A stretch of DNA of 64,000 bases from the human T2T-CHM13v2.0 reference genome, Homo sapiens (GCF_009914755.1 NC_060925.1); one strand, 5' to 3'. Shown: positions 1 through 17,279, numbered from the stretch's first letter. Notes: generated from the sequence alone by a model not told the origin. Numbers and translations: made by a program.

Positions 1-492
1 TTTCTATGTATCAAAAGTAGTGTTAAATACAATTTTTGTCTGTGCATAACTGGAGAGAGTGATCCCCATGCCTTTCTCCTAAGGAAACGTGTGCTTCCCC
101 CACCTCTCCTGGAGTTAATTTCTGAGCCTGGGGCCCCTGAACACGAGTCTTTCCCATTAGATTGCCAAATACATGTTACAAGGACACAGAGACACATCTC
201 TGGACTCTGAATACTGAGAGTCTCTGAATATTAAATATACTTTCAAATCCTAAACTTGAGAGTATATTTAAATATGCTATTATTCGAAAATATTACTTTC
301 TCTGTTACTGTTACAAAGGAAAATTGAACAATTTACAGCTTAATTGTGAATTTTTGAATATTATCTAGGGCTTAATGGACTAAAAGGGAAGTCATTCACT
401 CATGAGATTGTAAATGAACAAAGAGAGTGATGTCCTTTTATATGACAATACTACAGCCACCATCATGGGGTAACGTGGAGCAAACAAACATA

Positions 493-650
493 GGCTTTGG
501 AGTTGGACATAGCTAGGTTCAAATCCTGCTTCCTTTAGCTATTAACTTGTGTGGTCTTGGGCAAGTTATCCAACTACTCAGCCTCAGTTCTCCCTTTGGT
601 AAATAAGTATACTACTACTCATCTTGAGGGTTCTTCTGCAGATTACGGAA
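493..650 (+). mobile_element. MIR
   Basis: GGTTCAAATCCTG...TTGGGCAAGTTA...GCCTCAGTT core. Confidence 0.7.
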
Positions 651-2065
651 AATGGATGGAGGTCAGAGAAGCACCCAACAATGTTCCAGACACCCAGCTA
701 TGATTATACTAACTAGAGATTCATCCAACACCCCAGCCATGGTGATGAATTTGGCTAACTCTGGGAACACGCCCCTCAGATGGCCGCCAGGCTTTGGGGG
801 CCAGGCTGTGGCTACCACTTGTGTAAGGCTGGTGGGCCCAGGCAAGAAACTGAGCTAACCCGTCATTCCCCCTGGTTATGTGGCCACTGATGGGTTGAAA
901 TGAACAGTTACACAAGGTCCTTCCCACGTCAACCTCATACTCAGAGTGTAGACAGCTACTTCTGGCATTTCTAAAACCCTGAGATGTGCATGAGGAGGGC
1001 CTCCCAAAGTGCTGGGATTACAGGCGTGAGCCACAGCCCCTAGCCTAAAACAAATTTAGACATGTTTTAGACCTAAAACAAATAAGACATGTTTCTCATA
1101 ATGGCCGAGACCACACAGCTCTTCTCCCCCTCATAAATCTCTTCCCCAGCGCTTTCATATGAATCGTTGACATGTGGGAGTCAAAGCCTCCTATGTCCAC
1201 CTTCAATGTCCAGTCTAGCCAGGCCTTTATTGGTGAGACAAATGTCCTACTGGCCTATTGGTCAACATTGCACAAGACAAGCATTCTTGATCACATCAGC
1301 CTCATAGTTTGTCCTGTACCCAGGCAAATACCCAAACCAAATGCTCTTCAACTTTTAGAGATTATACTGATATGTGCGTGTTCTGTGACGTGTTTAAGAC
1401 ACAAGGTCTCAGGACTGAACCAGGCACTGCCAGAAGGTTCTGGAACAAAGCCCCTCCCAAAGCAGGCTGTTATGCAAGCTGGAGCTGGGGAGGCTGTGGG
1501 GGAGGAGTGCACCCAGCACGTTTGGACTTCACAGCTCCATCCATCAGCTGCCGCTGCAACATGGGAGAAAAAAGGGGCTTCCTGTGTCCACTGCCTCTGT
1601 GCTGCAACTCTCAGAGGACACTCCCAGCACAGATGTCTGGAAACATTGTACATATTGCAGGGCTCAGTGACTTAGACTGCATTGCCAAAGCACGAGAGCA
1701 CAGAGCAGCAGTTTTCAATCAAGAAGACAGAGCAAAATCACAGGGGATCTTCTTCAAGCTCTGTTCCTCCCTGGGAACATTTACGCAAGGGGAAGCTGTG
1801 TTTTGGAAAAGCTTCTATGTGACCAGGCTCTTCTCTCTAGCCCTACCTGAAAAGCTATTGACAAATAGGACCTCAGGGCTGCTGGGATGATGGAGGGAAT
1901 GGTTCCCTAGCACAACCTCCACCTCCATGCCGGCTTACACATACACGCCAGACTAGACAACACCCTTTCTTAAGGGACAAGACCCTAGCAATTTCTGAGC
2001 TAATAGTCCACGGTCTTTGCAGTTTGGAAATTCTTCCTAATGTATAATTTAAATCTTCTCTTCTA

Positions 2066-2340
2066 GGACCAGGCACGGTGGCTCAGGCCTGTAACCCCAG
2101 CACTCTGGGAGGCTGAGGCAGGCAGATCACCTGAGGTTAGGAGTTCGAGACCAGCCTGACCAACATGGTGAAACCCCATCTCTACTAAAAATACAAAAAT
2201 TAGCCAGGCAGCATGTGCCTGTAATTCCGGCAATCCGGGAGGCTGAGGCAGGAGAATTGCTTGAACCCAGGGGGTGGAGGTTGCAGTGAGCCGAAATTGC
2301 GCCATTGTACTCCTGCCTGGGCGACAGAGCAAGACTCTGC

Positions 2341-2374
<34 letters not shown>
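2066..2374 (+). mobile_element. Alu (S-type)
   Basis: Dimeric Alu with long A tail; TSD about CTTCTYTTCTA. Confidence 0.95.
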
Positions 2375-2376
<2 letters not shown>

Positions 2377-4335
2377 TCTTTTCTATAAATTGAAGCCAGG
2401 TCCTTAACCCTTTCTTCAGTGGTATTGAAAACTGGCAATAACTGTCTCTCATAACATACCACAGTATCTGCTAGAAAATGATTATTCTTATTATTTAACA
2501 TCTGGTCAACCTCTTCTCTGGAAAGAGATTTCCTTTCACAGGATCACTTTCTAACTCAATAGGAAAATCCTGGATCATTCTTGTCATTGCTGCCTCCTTT
2601 TTGACTTTTTTCAGAGTGGCTACTTTTCACATATTTTCAACAACTCTAAGTTTCTCCAATTTTTCCCTTTTATAAAGGCCAGGCTCTTAGAGGAGAAGAG
2701 TCTCATTACCAATTTGCTAAATGCCTTCTACATACTCGACGATTACTCAATGAGAGATGAGCCAAAACTATCTCTACGGGCTCTAAATTGAGAAACAGCG
2801 GGAGCCATCCTGCCATGGACCAGAGTGAATCACAGAGCTCTGTGAAATCGTCTCCAAATTACTGTGGAGAGTCACTGTGCGACGTCTCACCAAAACCACC
2901 CTTGTTTGGGGTGTCATATACCATCATATCAGCGCTGCACACACTGAATCACAAAGGCTCATCCTCATTCTCCTCTAACGCACTTCCCAAGTCCAAATAA
3001 CACATGAAGTGATCTGCTTAATGCAATTTCCTATTTTAAGCCTCATGTCTCGATACATTAACACTTCAAGGCATGTTCTAGTGACCCAGAACAATAAGTG
3101 TCCTGACTGGGAATACACTCGCATTCCACGGAGGTAATAAGTCAGAACAACCACTCACCACAGGACAAAAGCAAGTCTACATGCGACCACCTGTCTTTCT
3201 GGACAAGGATATCGGAGGATTTTCTAGGATGGTGCAGATTACATAAAGGATGGCTGGTTGTGCCTTCTGAAGTGAAGCACTCCCACTGTGGCAAGCTCAG
3301 GCACCAAGGGCAGAATTAGCCACGAGGTCACAGTTCAACAGCAGCAGACTGGGTTACTTCCGCACCTTATTACTATCCAGGAGGCTTACGAAGTTGAAGC
3401 AGAGCTGTGTAATGAGGAGGCATGGATCGGTGAAGGAGCCCCATCCCCGCATGCCAGCCGTCTCACAGCCTGGGAGGGCTCCCGTTCACACACACACACA
3501 CAGCATCATGCTGCTTTGAACTGGCCAGAGCCAATTCAGCCATTCAAGGCTGTCAGGCTCTTTGCAGGAAATACTGGGAAACTGACGATTGCAGGTGAGT
3601 AGGCACTATGTCCCCTCCCTAGCGATACGTTACCAGGAAGGTAAGTCTCAGACTGAATTCTACCACATATACAAAGCTATCAGCAAGCTGGCCAAACATA
3701 CAGCCTGCACTATGCGCACAAGTTCCTGCCCTCCAGTATTTCAGACACCCTGACAGGCACCTTGCATGAAAGGTTCACTATGAAGCCAACACCGCGAGGC
3801 CCTGACAGCAGGATCTTCTAACCTTCATGTTACATCAGCACACCAAATCTGCCATTAGCTGCGGCTGCTGGATTCCAGACCTCAGGCATGATTCCCGAAT
3901 TCTGAGACTGCTGGGCTTGCCAGATTCTTATATCTCCGTCAAGCAGGGGTAGAGGGAGCTGTTCATTTTCCTGGCCAACCATATGTGAACACACTATTCA
4001 TCCCACCAGGGAAGCTTACTTCTAGCATTCCTTATGCTCATTAGTGAGCCCTCTCACTAATTGCAGACTTAAATAGCACTGCTCGAAGCACTTGGCATTC
4101 TTGCCCTTAGTAGTGGACTGACTTCCCCTTGGCAGTAGATTACAATTTAGTAACAAACAAATATCAAGCTGCCTACATGAAAGTATTTGAACTTAAGTTA
4201 TAAATAATAAAATAACTGCAACTAGAAGATGGAGTAATACGATGCTTGAGTCAGAGACTTGTGTTCAAATACTATATTTGTCACGGCTCACTTTAATGAG
4301 CCTCAGTTTTCTTGTCTACAAGAAAAGAGCGTTGC

Positions 4336-4610
4336 GAGGCCAAGGCAAGTGGATTGCTTGAGCCCAGGAGTTTGAGACCAGCCTGGGCAACATGGAAAAA
4401 CCCCATCTCTACAAAAAATACAAAATTAGCCAGGCATGGTGGCACACTTGTAGTCCCAGCTATTCAGGAGGCTGAGGTGGGAGGATCACCTGAGCCCAGG
4501 AGGTTGAGGCTGGAGTGAGCCAAGATTGTGCCACTGCACTTCAGCCTGGGCAACAGAGTGAGACCCTGTCTCAAAAACAATAAAAATAAAATAAAATAAA
4601 TAAATAAATA
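4336..4610 (+). mobile_element. AluJ-like, 5'-truncated
   Basis: Alu body with (TAAA)n tail. Confidence 0.9.
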
Positions 4611-4646
4611 GGAGAATGAAACTCACACCCATTAGGATGGCCCCTA

Positions 4647-4945
4647 TTTTTTTTTTTTTTTTGGGAGACAGAGTCTCACTCTGTCACCCAGGCTGGAGTG
4701 GAGTGGTGTGATCTCGGCTCACTGAAATCTCTACCTCCCAGGCTCAAGCACTTCTCCTGCCTCTCCTACTCCCAAGTAGCTGGGACTACAGACACCTGCC
4801 ACCATGCTTGGCTAATTTTTGCATTTTAGTAGAGACGGGGTTTCACCATGTTGGCCAGGCTGGTCTCAAACTCCCGACCTCATGATCCATCCACCTCGGC
4901 CTCCCAAAGTGCTGGGATTACAGGTGTGAGCCACCGCGCCTGGCC
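4647..4945 (-). mobile_element. Alu
   Basis: Poly(T) followed by reverse Alu. Confidence 0.95.
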
Positions 4946-5078
4946 TCCTATTTTAAAAAACACAGAAAACAAGTGTTTTCAAGGAGATGGAGAAATTGAA
5001 ATGCTTGTGCACTGTAGGTGGGAACATAAAATGTTGCAGCCCCTGTGGAAAACATTGTGGTGGTTCCTCAAAAAATTA

Positions 5079-5383
<305 letters not shown>

Positions 5384-6378
5384 TTAAAGATAGAATTACC
5401 ATATGATTCAGCAATCCCACTTTTGAATATATGCCCAAAAGAACGGAAAGCAGGAACTTCAACAGATATTTGCATACCCACGTTCATAACAGCATTATTT
5501 GCAATAGCTGGAAGGTGGAAGCAACCCATGCGTCCACTGATGGATGGATAAACAAAATGTGATATGTACATGCAATGCAATATTATCTAACCTTAAAAAG
5601 GAAAAAAATTCTGACACATGTGACAACATAGGTGACACTTGAGTACACTGTGCTATGTGAAATAAGCCAATCACAGAAGAACAAATATGATTCCACATAT
5701 GCAATCGTTAGAATAATCAAATGCATAGAGACAGAAAGTGGAATGGTGATTGCCAAAGACTGAAGGAAGGGGGAAATGTGAGTTGTTGTTTAATGGGTAC
5801 AGAGTACGTTTTGCAAGATGGAGAGTTCTGGAGATGAACAGTGGTGATGGTTACACAATAAAATGAATGCATGCAATGCCACTGAACTGTACACTTAAAA
5901 AGTGTTAAAATGGTATATTTTATATTATGTATATTTTACCGCAAACAATTTTTTTTTTAAAAAAGGAACAAAAAATCCATCTTGTTAGAGTTGTTGGAGA
6001 ATTAAATGAGATGATGTTGTGAAGCACTTAGTTCAAACAGTGCCTGGGTAAATTATAGCTATTGTTATATTACTGGTGTTATCATTAACAGCTCTGACTT
6101 ACAACTCCTTTTAAACCTGTGCATTCTTAAGACGGAGTGGAGTGTGGCCTTAGGAATTCTACTCTGCTGCTTAATCAGACAAAAGAATGGGCCAGTACTC
6201 CCGAGTTTACCCACGGGAACAGTGAATGTGAAGCATAAATAATTCAGGCCTGGCATGTCCACCAGTATTTATCTCATCCGTGCTTCCTTGCTGCACCCAG
6301 TTCTCTGGTTTACAGAACGTGGATGCCTCCTCCTCGCCTGATTTCCCAGCCCCAACAAGTCAGAATCAAAGGCTGTAC

Positions 6379-6522
6379 CATAGCAGGTTCGCCCGTCTCC
6401 TCGGAAGCCGATGGAGCACTCGCAGGTGAACTGTGTCCTGGGACCAGGGCGACAGGCCGCGTTGGTGTCACACCCATGAGTGCCGATGTAGCAGGGATTC
6501 TGAAGAGCATCAGGGGAGCCTT
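6379..6522 (-). CDS. NID1: Nidogen-1 exon 9 (EGF-like repeat with RGD at 6395-6403), 144 nt; gene continues beyond window start
   Basis: Acceptor cacag|AA, donor ATG|gtacag; GSPDALQNPCYIGTHGCDTNAACRPGPRTQFTCECSIGFRGDGRTCY; phase 1-1. Confidence 0.97.
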
Positions 6523-6689
6523 CTGTGAAGACAGAGACATTGGAACCAAGTGAGTCTTCAGGAGCTCTTGCAGGTTTCCTCCTTCCACAGAAAGTCAACC
6601 ACAACTGGTGAGCAAGAAGGTGATCACAGAAGAGCAGAGTGGAATGGGACACCAGCCAATTCCTGTGTTGCCCTGGGGCAGGACCAGCA

Positions 6690-6877
6690 TGGCCCCCTCC
6701 CTGTTCTTGTAAATAAAGTTTTATTAGCAACCAGCAACGTCCATTTATTTATGTATGGTCTATGGCTGCATTTGTGCTACCACGGCAGAGCTGACATGTC
6801 GTGATAGAGACTGTATAGCCAGCAAAACCTAAAATACCTACTATCTGGTCCTTCACCAAGAATGCACTGACTCCTGA
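6690..6877 (+). mobile_element. MER58 fragment
   Basis: TTGTAAATAAAGTTTTATT...TACTATCTGGTCCTT is homologous to the copy at 12678. Confidence 0.7.
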
Positions 6878-7257
6878 TGCCTGGAGCCACAGTTGCTATA
6901 GGAGGGAGAATGCCTGCCTTCTTTCTGCTTCATAAAGTTAAAGTGAGGACAAATTAATTAGCTAGAGCAATGATTTGGATATGGAGGAAGAATCAAAGAC
7001 AACCGAAAAAAGGGAAAGATTTTAAGGCTCAGACCAGACTCCAATTACACAGGACCCCTGAGGCTTAAAGATATGGACAAATGTGAAGTCTGACACTGGT
7101 ATGTCACAAAAGCTCCCTAAACCTCAGCTCCTTCCCGACAGCTGGGAACGCCCACAGACCAGACCGCAGCGCCAGTGATGCAGAGTCACAGGGCAAGCGT
7201 TTCTTTTAGGCTCCCTCCCTAATTTTATTCAATTTCCTCAGGCACTAACCACACAAT

Positions 7258-7895
<638 letters not shown>

Positions 7896-8204
7896 TAAAG
7901 GGTTTTAAAAGCCCTGCCAATGCCAGCAGTAGCCTTAAGAGGGTCCACTCTGTAAGGCACCTCAACAGGTTAGCATTCTGCACTTTACTTTAGATAGAAT
8001 CACGAATAGGCCTTTGGTTAGAAGAACAGACAGGCAGCTTTTCCAAGAATCAAAAATAACAAGACATTCTTTTTTTCCTGCCAGAAGATACTTTAGCATA
8101 ATTTTCTTCTACAGACTGAGAGTAAGAGACCAAAAACAATGTCAAAGAGTGGGGTTTTAAAAATGCATGAGCACCTGTGCCCAGCATGAGCTGTATCCCC
8201 TTAC

Positions 8205-8450
8205 CCCTCACAGGCCCAATGGAGTTGCTGAGAGCATAGCGCAAGATCTTCTCCTCCTGGTTGTACAGGACGAACACGCTGTCCACCGAGAGCTGCTGGG
8301 TGCTGGGCAGGGCTGGCCGGGAGTCATCGTGGACGCATTCCTGGAAGGTGATGGTCTGGCGCCACTGGTAAGTGTAGATGCGTGAAGGAGATGCCCCATC
8401 TCGCTCGGGCTCAGTCACCGTGTACTCCCGGGTGGAGGAGGAAGTGATCA
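8205..8450 (-). CDS. NID1: Nidogen-1 exon 8 (G2F), 246 nt
   Basis: Acceptor tgcag|TG, donor GGG|gtaagg; ITSSSTREYTVTEPERDG...ILRYALSNSIGPVR; phase 1-1. Confidence 0.97.
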
Positions 8451-8993
8451 CTGCAGAGTGGGAAGGATGGAGGGGACAAGGCAGGGAGACAGAGGGAAGA
8501 TGGTTAAGGATGCAAGAAGCTGAATCAACGGCTTTCAAGGCACCAGTGGTATTCCCTGCCCATAAGGCTACCAGATGACAGACCAGACAGAACAGCTTAA
8601 ATAAGACCATTTGTTTGTATTGAGACTCATTCTATGAAATACCTGGATTCCCCATATGATCATTGGTATTATTCGTATTATGTGTATTTGTTGCTTTTCT
8701 CTCAAGTGGTTCTCTGTAAGTTTTGAAGACTCCCAGAACTAGAGATGAAGGTCAGGTTGAGAGGACACACACTTGGAAAGAGACGCCCCTGAATTCACAC
8801 TCAGTACCACTCACAAGCTGTGTGGCCACTGGCTGATGACTCAACATCTTTGGTCTCAGTTTCTCACACAAAATAGGTCAAGGTGGGGATCAGACCAGGT
8901 AATGTATGTGCAATTTCTGGAATCAAGCAGACTAATAGTATTAGTAAGATAAACTACCATTTACTGAGCGTTTACTCTGTCACAACGTGCTAA

Positions 8994-9377
<384 letters not shown>

Positions 9378-9848
9378 TAGACCAAGCCATTCTGCAATAC
9401 CAAAAAAATGAGATATTAAATGAGTTTCAGTAGCCAGGTTTGGAAAAATTACTAAAGCACTGTGAGCAAGCCTGAACAGAGGAGAGGAGAGACAGTCCTC
9501 CCCACTCAGAAGAGGGCCTGCTATGGCCCATACGACAAAACCCTCAACTTCCTGTTTTTTTTAAAAAAAGCATAAAAGACTCTTTATATCTTTGTGCTCT
9601 GCTGCAGTTTGCTCCATAATAGAAGCATAAAAGCCAGAGGATAAATAAAAGATCAGTGTAAGCTGCCTCCTGTCCAGCTCCCACACGCCAGAAAGGCCAT
9701 TCAGCTACAAGCCGGCCGCAACTGTGGTCCTGTTGCTCTTTCCTCCTCTTCTTCACTGTCTCCCAGCTCCCCAGGAGAACTCAACCAAGCCACAAAACTC
9801 CAGTAATTGCTTCAACCTTTCTGAACAGCAATTTAATAAGAGCCTTTA

Positions 9849-10190
<342 letters not shown>

Positions 10191-10627
10191 TTAACCTGGG
10201 GTTTAATGACCCACATATGAGTTCATGTTCATGAATATTATTCAGTGGGTCTCTACATGAGCAAGACACCATCTCAAAAATAAAATAAAATTAAATTAAA
10301 AAAATAAAAAATTCCTATTGTTTGACTCGGCACTTCTATTTCTAGGAATTGAGTCTTAGAAAAGAATCAGAAATTTGGCCAAGATTTATGATTAAGACAA
10401 TCATTTCAACTCATAATAAGAGGAGAAAATGGAAGCAACCCAAGCTTTAGAAAGTAGAAGAATGGTTTGAATTAATAGCCATCCAGTAGAATCACACAGA
10501 TTCCTTAAAAAGTGTTTTCAAAGACTGCTTAATGAGACTACTAAACATTCACGATTTGACATTAACTGAAAAGGTGAAGATATAACAATGTGGTATGATT
10601 GCAATTTTATTTAAATAAAAACTATAA

Positions 10628-10841
10628 GCATGGGTAACATGGCAAAACCCCATCTGTACAAAAATTTAAAAATTAGCCAGGCATGGTAGTGTGCCTGTAG
10701 TCCCAGGTACTCAGGAGGCTGAGGTGGGAGGCTCACTTGAGCCCAGGAGGTTGAGGCTGCAGTGAGCCGAGACTGCACCACTGCACTCCAGCTTGGGCGA
10801 CAGAGTGAGGGCTCGTCTCAAAACAAACAACAACCAAAAAA
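10628..10841 (+). mobile_element. AluJ-like, truncated
   Basis: Partial left arm plus right arm. Confidence 0.88.
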
Positions 10842-11148
10842 CTATACATATCACTGTGTATCCATGTTAAATTTCTCAATTTTGATAACTGTACTGTGGC
10901 CTTGTAAAAGAATGTCCTTGTTCTTAGGAAAAACAAATGAAGTGTTTAAAGAACGATCTATCATGATATATACAACTTATTCTCAAATGGTCAGTATACA
11001 TATATATATATATATATATGGAGAGACAGAGAGACAGAGAGAGAATGGTAAAGTAAATGTGGCAAAATGTTAACAATTGGTGAAGCTAGATAAATAGTAT
11101 GTGAACGTTTTTTGGGCTTTGTTCAGTTTTCACGTAAGTTTGATATTA

Positions 11149-11501
<353 letters not shown>

Positions 11502-11859
11502 GTACAAATAGATGTATAATAAAATTAGTTTATCATGAAATTATATGTTGGGATATTTCATATAGATGTAAATAGATAGATGCTGGAGAAAAAGCTGAAA
11601 AGAAATACACTTAAATGTCATAATAATTATGTCCAGGTTTTACAACTCTAACTCATGCGTATTGTCTTTTTTGCACAAAATTGTCTACAAGGAGTAGTGC
11701 GTCCTATGTCTATAATTGAGGGGAAGGTGACTGTAAGGCCCGGTGTATTTCCCTCTCCAGATCCCAGAGACAGCCCCAGTTCACGGCTGCCGTGGTGGGT
11801 CAAGAGCACGAGGCTAGTGGCCGGTCTGGGGCTGGCCCTGGGACACAGCTGGGGCTCAC

Positions 11860-12060
11860 CTGAGGTGGAGTAGTGGTACAGCTCCGTGTAGGGCTCAATG
11901 TGCACGGAGGAGCCGAACGGAATCTGCGGCACGCGGCCCTCCAGCTCCGTGTCGATGGTCAGGTGCCCATGCTCATCGATGCCGCTGAACCGCTGCTTAA
12001 TGACCAGATTGCCCGGGTGCCCCACGAAGGTCACCTCAGCCTGGCGAGTGAACTCACCCC
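11860..12060 (-). CDS. NID1: Nidogen-1 exon 7 (G2F), 201 nt
   Basis: Acceptor ttcag|GG, donor CAG|gtgagc; GEFTRQAEVTFVGHPG...PYTELYHYSTS; phase 1-1. Confidence 0.97.
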
Positions 12061-12677
12061 CTGAAAAACAAGATGAGACTGTCACTTTGCTGACTGGGGA
12101 GCGCGCCCTTCTGCCCGCCCCAGGCTCACAGTGTGGAGTGGGGTTGGTGCGAACCCTTCTGCAGGTGCTTTGGTTTGGCTGTAGAACATAGAACTGGTGA
12201 CACTGAAGACAGAGCTCAGACATCCCTGTGGCCCAACTGAGCCACACGCAGAGGAGAGAAGAGGCTTCCTAGCCACAGCCCAGCATCTGTTGGGTTGGCT
12301 CAAGGGTTGTGCTGGAAATAGCGGAGGACAGGGGTTGGACTCCCAGCTGTGCTAGGCTCTGTCTGGGTGAACTTGAGTAAGCTACTTAACTCCTGTGAGC
12401 CTCCATTTCCCTGATGATTAAAAAAAGGATACAATCTATGTTCTGCAAATTGTCAAGTGCTCCATAATGCCAGTTACGGTGATGAATATTGAAATAGCTA
12501 CGTCCTGGTTGGATGGGTGAGTTGCTCGTGGCAAACCATTCCCAGTACCAGAAACCATCCTAGGATCACCTGCTACCATGATGGCTTAGGAACTCCTCTT
12601 GGTCTGTGCAAGGCGGCAGCCCCAGACAGGCAGGAAAAATACTTCTCCCTTTTCCACAATGACCTGCCCCGTGACAG

Positions 12678-13026
12678 CAGGGGTTGACAAACTATGGCCT
12701 CAGGGCTAAATCTTGCCAGCTGCCTATTTTTCTACAACCCTTGAGCTCAGAAAGGTCTTTACATTTTTTAATGGTTAAAAAAAAATCAAAAGAACAGTAT
12801 TTCATGGTATGTGAAAATTATATACAATTTAAATTTCAGTGCCCAGTCAAAAAGTTGTATTGGAACACAGCCATGCTCATTCATTTATATATTGTCTGTG
12901 GTTGCTTTTCACTCTGCAATGACAGAGTTGAGCCGTCGCAACAGAGACCATATGGCCTAAAATAATTAGGCATAGCTTTAAATATTTACTATCTGGCCCT
13001 TTGCCGAAAAAGTTTGACAACCTCAG
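12678..13026 (+). mobile_element. MER58B-like hAT-Charlie MITE
   Basis: TIRs CAGGGGTTGACAAACT ... AGTTTGACAACCTC; about 350 bp. Confidence 0.8.
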
Positions 13027-13362
13027 CTTTATAGTTAAACAAGTCCCAGGCAAGTATCTCAAAGATAACACAGGACCAGGAGAAATTCAGAAGGATCATT
13101 GGAGTAAACAGATTTGCTGCTGTCAGGAATTTGCAAAGACTTCCTCTCCCTCAGCCCAGCTGAAGTCCATGTATATTACAAAATAGCACCAATATAAATT
13201 AACTCATATTAAAAAAACAAACTGTGAAAAGCTGTGCAGGGAAGGAGTGGGGTCTGTGAGTTTGACTGCAGCTCAATGATATTTGCAAAGAAAAGGGCAT
13301 CTGGTTTGCATGAGAGCATCAATATTGTTATAACACTCAGAATATATATGCCTGTGGACTAG

Positions 13363-13727
<365 letters not shown>

Positions 13728-14290
13728 TCACTCCTTTTCTAATAGATAGCCTCTCCTTTCTTAAGACGGCCACACTTTATGTATTTATATGCCATAACTT
13801 TTGGAGGGGTTACCAGCGTGCAGCCTGGATGGAGACCCTGCTTCCAGCAGTGTTTCCTCTAATAAAGCCTTGGCTAAGGCTCCAGGTTGGCTCAGGCAGT
13901 GGGGGAGAAGGCAGGTCTAGGTCGTCGGAGGCAGTGGCTAGGTACCTGTGCCCCAGCACAACAAACTCCAGGTCCTGGAAGTGACCAGCGATGAAGGACA
14001 CAGACTCCTCCAACCCAGCTGTTCTCGGGAATGGGTCTCCAGCATGCAAAGGTTGGGCTGGTCTTGGCAGGGCAAGGGGAAGGCCACCACAACACCAAGG
14101 AAACATCCCTCAAGCCATCTGCCCACGCGTCCAGTAAAGACTGAACCTTCCTCAATAGGGCACAGTCTCTAAAAAACTCCAAGGATATCTGGGCTTCCTA
14201 AGACTTCTGAGGATTATGTTTATGCAGCTTAAGTAACTAGCTAGAAATGGCAGGTTCCTTCTCTCTGAGCAAATCCTGAGGAAATATCAA

Positions 14291-14372
14291 AGATCAGTTT
14301 CAGGTTGGTTTGGAATTCAGAGGCAGGCTTGAGATCAGTTTCAGGTTGGTTTGGAATTCAGAGGCAGGCTTG
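14291..14372. repeat. Perfect 41-bp tandem duplication
   Basis: AGATCAGTTTCAGGTTGGTTTGGAATTCAGAGGCAGGCTTG occurs twice (14291-14331 and 14332-14372). Confidence 0.97.
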
Positions 14373-14708
14373 ATAGAATGAGGCAAACTGAAGTTGTGAG
14401 GTTCTACGAGCTGATATCACTTGTTCTGCCAGAAACGCCTAAATCTCCACCACGAAATTGCTCCTCAATCAAAACCCAATTCTAGGCAGTCTCAGTTGCT
14501 ATATATTAATGATAATATTACATGTTCATTTTACCTCATCATCTTATTTCCAAGACAGAACTACAGGATGCCCTGTCTACAGACAAAAAGGAGCAACAAC
14601 ATGCTTCTAAGTTGTCTGCAGACTCAGAGTTCTCCTTCCATCCATCCCCAGGCCTCCCCCTAGGCACTACTGTGTGACCCACTAATTTTAATGTCGGATA
14701 TAAATTAC

Positions 14709-14960
14709 CGGTGATGCTGAACCCATTCTTGAATCCGTCCTGCTCCACTGCAAACATCCATCCAATGATGCCTCCAACTGGGGCCAGTGGAAGCAGAGAA
14801 TATCCAACGGTCTCGGGAATGGTGCTGATGGCTGTGTAGGAGCGCCCGTGGTTCATTACTACGTAAGAGTGGAGGTCAGTGTTCTCAAAGACAATGGGGA
14901 CCTGGCTGCTCCCCACAAAGATCCTTCCTTTCACCTTGCCATTGACTCGCTGGGGGGAAC
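14709..14960 (-). CDS. NID1: Nidogen-1 exon 6 (G2F beta-barrel), 252 nt
   Basis: Acceptor tcag|GT, donor CCG|gtaatt; SPQRVNGKVKGRIFVG...GGIIGWMFAVEQDGFKNGFSIT; phase 1-1. Confidence 0.97.
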
Positions 14961-15333
14961 CTGAGCAAGAAAACAAAGAAAGAATATAGAGATCACTTCC
15001 AAGCCAGTCTTTCAAACACGAGTAATATGTAGGACCTGTACCTATTGGTGAAGAAAGCAAAGAAACAAAACAGCACTGGGGTCAATGGCTTTGGGTAAGC
15101 AAAAGCAGCTGTTCTTCCTGAGACTACCCACAACTGTATGCTGCGGGCCTTCAAAATTCCAATGCCCCTGCCTCTCTTCCTGTGACTGAAAATGGATAGC
15201 ACGAAAGCTGTCTCCACGGACAGCCATTGAGGAACTGCAGGAGTTAAAAACAGAATTTCAGAAGAAGAAGAATATCAGGGGTGACCTAGAACTAAGGGGA
15301 CCATAGAATTTATCACATTTGAGAGTAAAAGGA

Positions 15334-15618
<285 letters not shown>

Positions 15619-16229
15619 AAGAGAGAGAGAGAGTAAAAGGAGTGTGGAATTGCTCATTTCATTGGGACAGCAAGGCTAACCTGAATGGCCCTGGGAGTAT
15701 AGACATTTGCCTGCCTGATCTATAACACACTTTAATAAACACTGTGAGCTCATATACAGTCCCACCACCCAGCGTTAGCACTGCCAGTCTGAGTCTTGGA
15801 GCCTCAGCCAGCACAAGCCACACAGACAAGTACAGAGTCACCGCCCAGGCTACACAGTCATGCCCTCTGAACCAGAACCAGCTTGGCGTGTCTGGTGCTG
15901 CTTGTTCCATTTAGACAACTGGGAACGATGGAATTGAGACCTACTATGACAAATTTAAAAGCCTCCTTAATACCTTGATAATAAATTGATCTGGGATACC
16001 ATTTTTGCTTAAAAAATTACATTCATGATAAATGTTGGCATATACCTGGGGGAAAACTGCTAACAATGGTTAACTCAGGGCAAACGTGGTGAATTCATTT
16101 CCTATACTATAAATTTTTATAATTTTTGAGTATTTATAACTTGCATATATTTATTATTGTTTAAACAGGAAAAAAATAAGAACTAAAGAAATTAAATTGC
16201 TGTTTGTTGTATTCAAATAAGAACATTGA

Positions 16230-17115
<886 letters not shown>

Positions 17116-17279
17116 AAAACTGAAGGAAGAGGGAAAACAAAGGTTACATTGCATTGTTTATATTTGATGTGGTATTACTTTCAGTTATTGATTGTACATA
17201 TCTTATTTCTGTTCCTAGATTATGATCATCACAGGGTCAGGACTTTCACACCCAGCCCCTCACAGGTTCTCGGCAGAGT

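Noticed and set aside
999-1045. Isolated Alu 5' head of about 45 bp (similar fragments at 28614-28660 and 20745-20770)
   Set aside because: Ordinary truncated Alu remnants with nothing further supportable.
1172-1890. Overlapping 167-aa and 193-aa plus-strand ORFs in intron 9
   Set aside because: No recognisable domain, promoter or splice context; consistent with chance. Not tested computationally.
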